A DNA stretch of 64,000 nt from assembly GCA_965226055.1 (NCBI GenBank), contig CBDDCA010000005.1:512001-576000 (forward strand), written 5' to 3'. The stretch is from Spirochaetia bacterium (GTDB lineage: Bacteria > Spirochaetota > Spirochaetia > WTKD01 > G963693115). A program made the translations under genes and the position numbers. The notes beneath the pieces are model-generated. The model had not been told where the DNA came from and made no database searches. It saw only the letters and a program-made list of their open reading frames with translations. Shown piece after piece: positions 63,312 through 64,000 of this stretch. How positions within the stretch are numbered: the first letter of the stretch is position 1; each line of letters begins with the position of its first letter.

Positions 63312-63923
63312 ATGCTTAAACTATTTATGAGCGTGTCATTATCATTGACACTAATAATATCTGTAATGTCCTGTGCAAGTAATTCAAAAACAGTAACTCG
63401 TACTTCTACAGATACAATAACCGATTTCAGCGGAAAATGGAACGATACTGATAGTCGTCTTGTCTCTGAGGCAATGATTGATGATATGCTAAAAGCTGCG
63501 TGGATCAGTCGTTTTAAGGCTGAAAATAACAAGGACCCTGTTGTCATTACGGGATATATTCGCAACAGAAGTTCCGAACATATAGAAACAACAGCTTTTA
63601 TTAAAGACATAGAAAGAGCTTTTATAAATTCTGGACAAGTTACTATTGTAGCAAATGCAAATGAACGATCACAAATCCGAACAGAAAAAGAAGATCAACA
63701 AACGCAAGCCTCTTTTGAAACAATAAAAAGATTAGGAGAAGAAACTGGTGCTGATTTTATGCTCATCGGAACAATTATTTCACAAACAGATGCAGTAGAT
63801 AATTCAACTGCAGTGACCTATCAAGTGGATCTTGAGCTAATAAATATAGAAAATACACAAAAAGCATGGATAGGCACAAAGAAGATTAAGAAAGTAATAG
63901 ATCAAGAAGCATATACATTTTAA
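63312..63923 (+). CDS. LpoB-like lipoprotein (penicillin-binding protein activator family)
   Basis: Lipobox VMSC; SGKWNDTD; IRNRSSEHI; GADFMLIG; YQVDLEL; AAGGAG RBS. Confidence 0.8.
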   Translation: MLKLFMSVSLSLTLIISVMSCASNSKTVTRTSTDTITDFSGKWNDTDSRLVSEAMIDDMLKAAWISRFKAENNKDPVVITGYIRNRSSEHIETTAFIKDIERAFINSGQVTIVANANERSQIRTEKEDQQTQASFETIKRLGEETGADFMLIGTIISQTDAVDNSTAVTYQVDLELINIENTQKAWIGTKKIKKVIDQEAYTF

Positions 63924-64000
63924 TATTGCCATGCATAGCAAAAAAAAGAATAGTAAAAAAAGTTCTTCATTATTTCTACTCATTACAGTGTCGCTGTTTC

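Overview
AT-rich bacterial chromosome segment, probably from a host-associated spirochaete. That assignment is an inference from the lipoprotein signal peptides, the LpoB-like and PRT genes, and a sigma28-type promoter. About a third of the window (~21 kb) is three giant paralogous DUF285/BspA-type LRR + Ig-like surface lipoproteins with 8, 7 and 6 repeat blocks. The rest holds housekeeping genes (clpC-like, glk, pdxH, mutY-like, trpS, a pdhABC-lpdA operon with a 1-bp frameshift in pdhA, and a CAT-anticodon tRNA). It also contains an intact 1215-bp DDE insertion sequence with a 15-bp target duplication, three orphan relics of its ends, and an SBP/symporter/K+ channel/cNMP operon. Further features are two FN3-like lipoprotein paralogs with divergent distal loops, a sugar ABC + SDR + lactonase / UxuA + RraA catabolic cluster, and an NYN nuclease gene with a promoter-leader-terminator directly before its start codon. 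No CRISPR array, rRNA or reverse transcriptase was seen. All family assignments are by eye from motifs; no searches were run.
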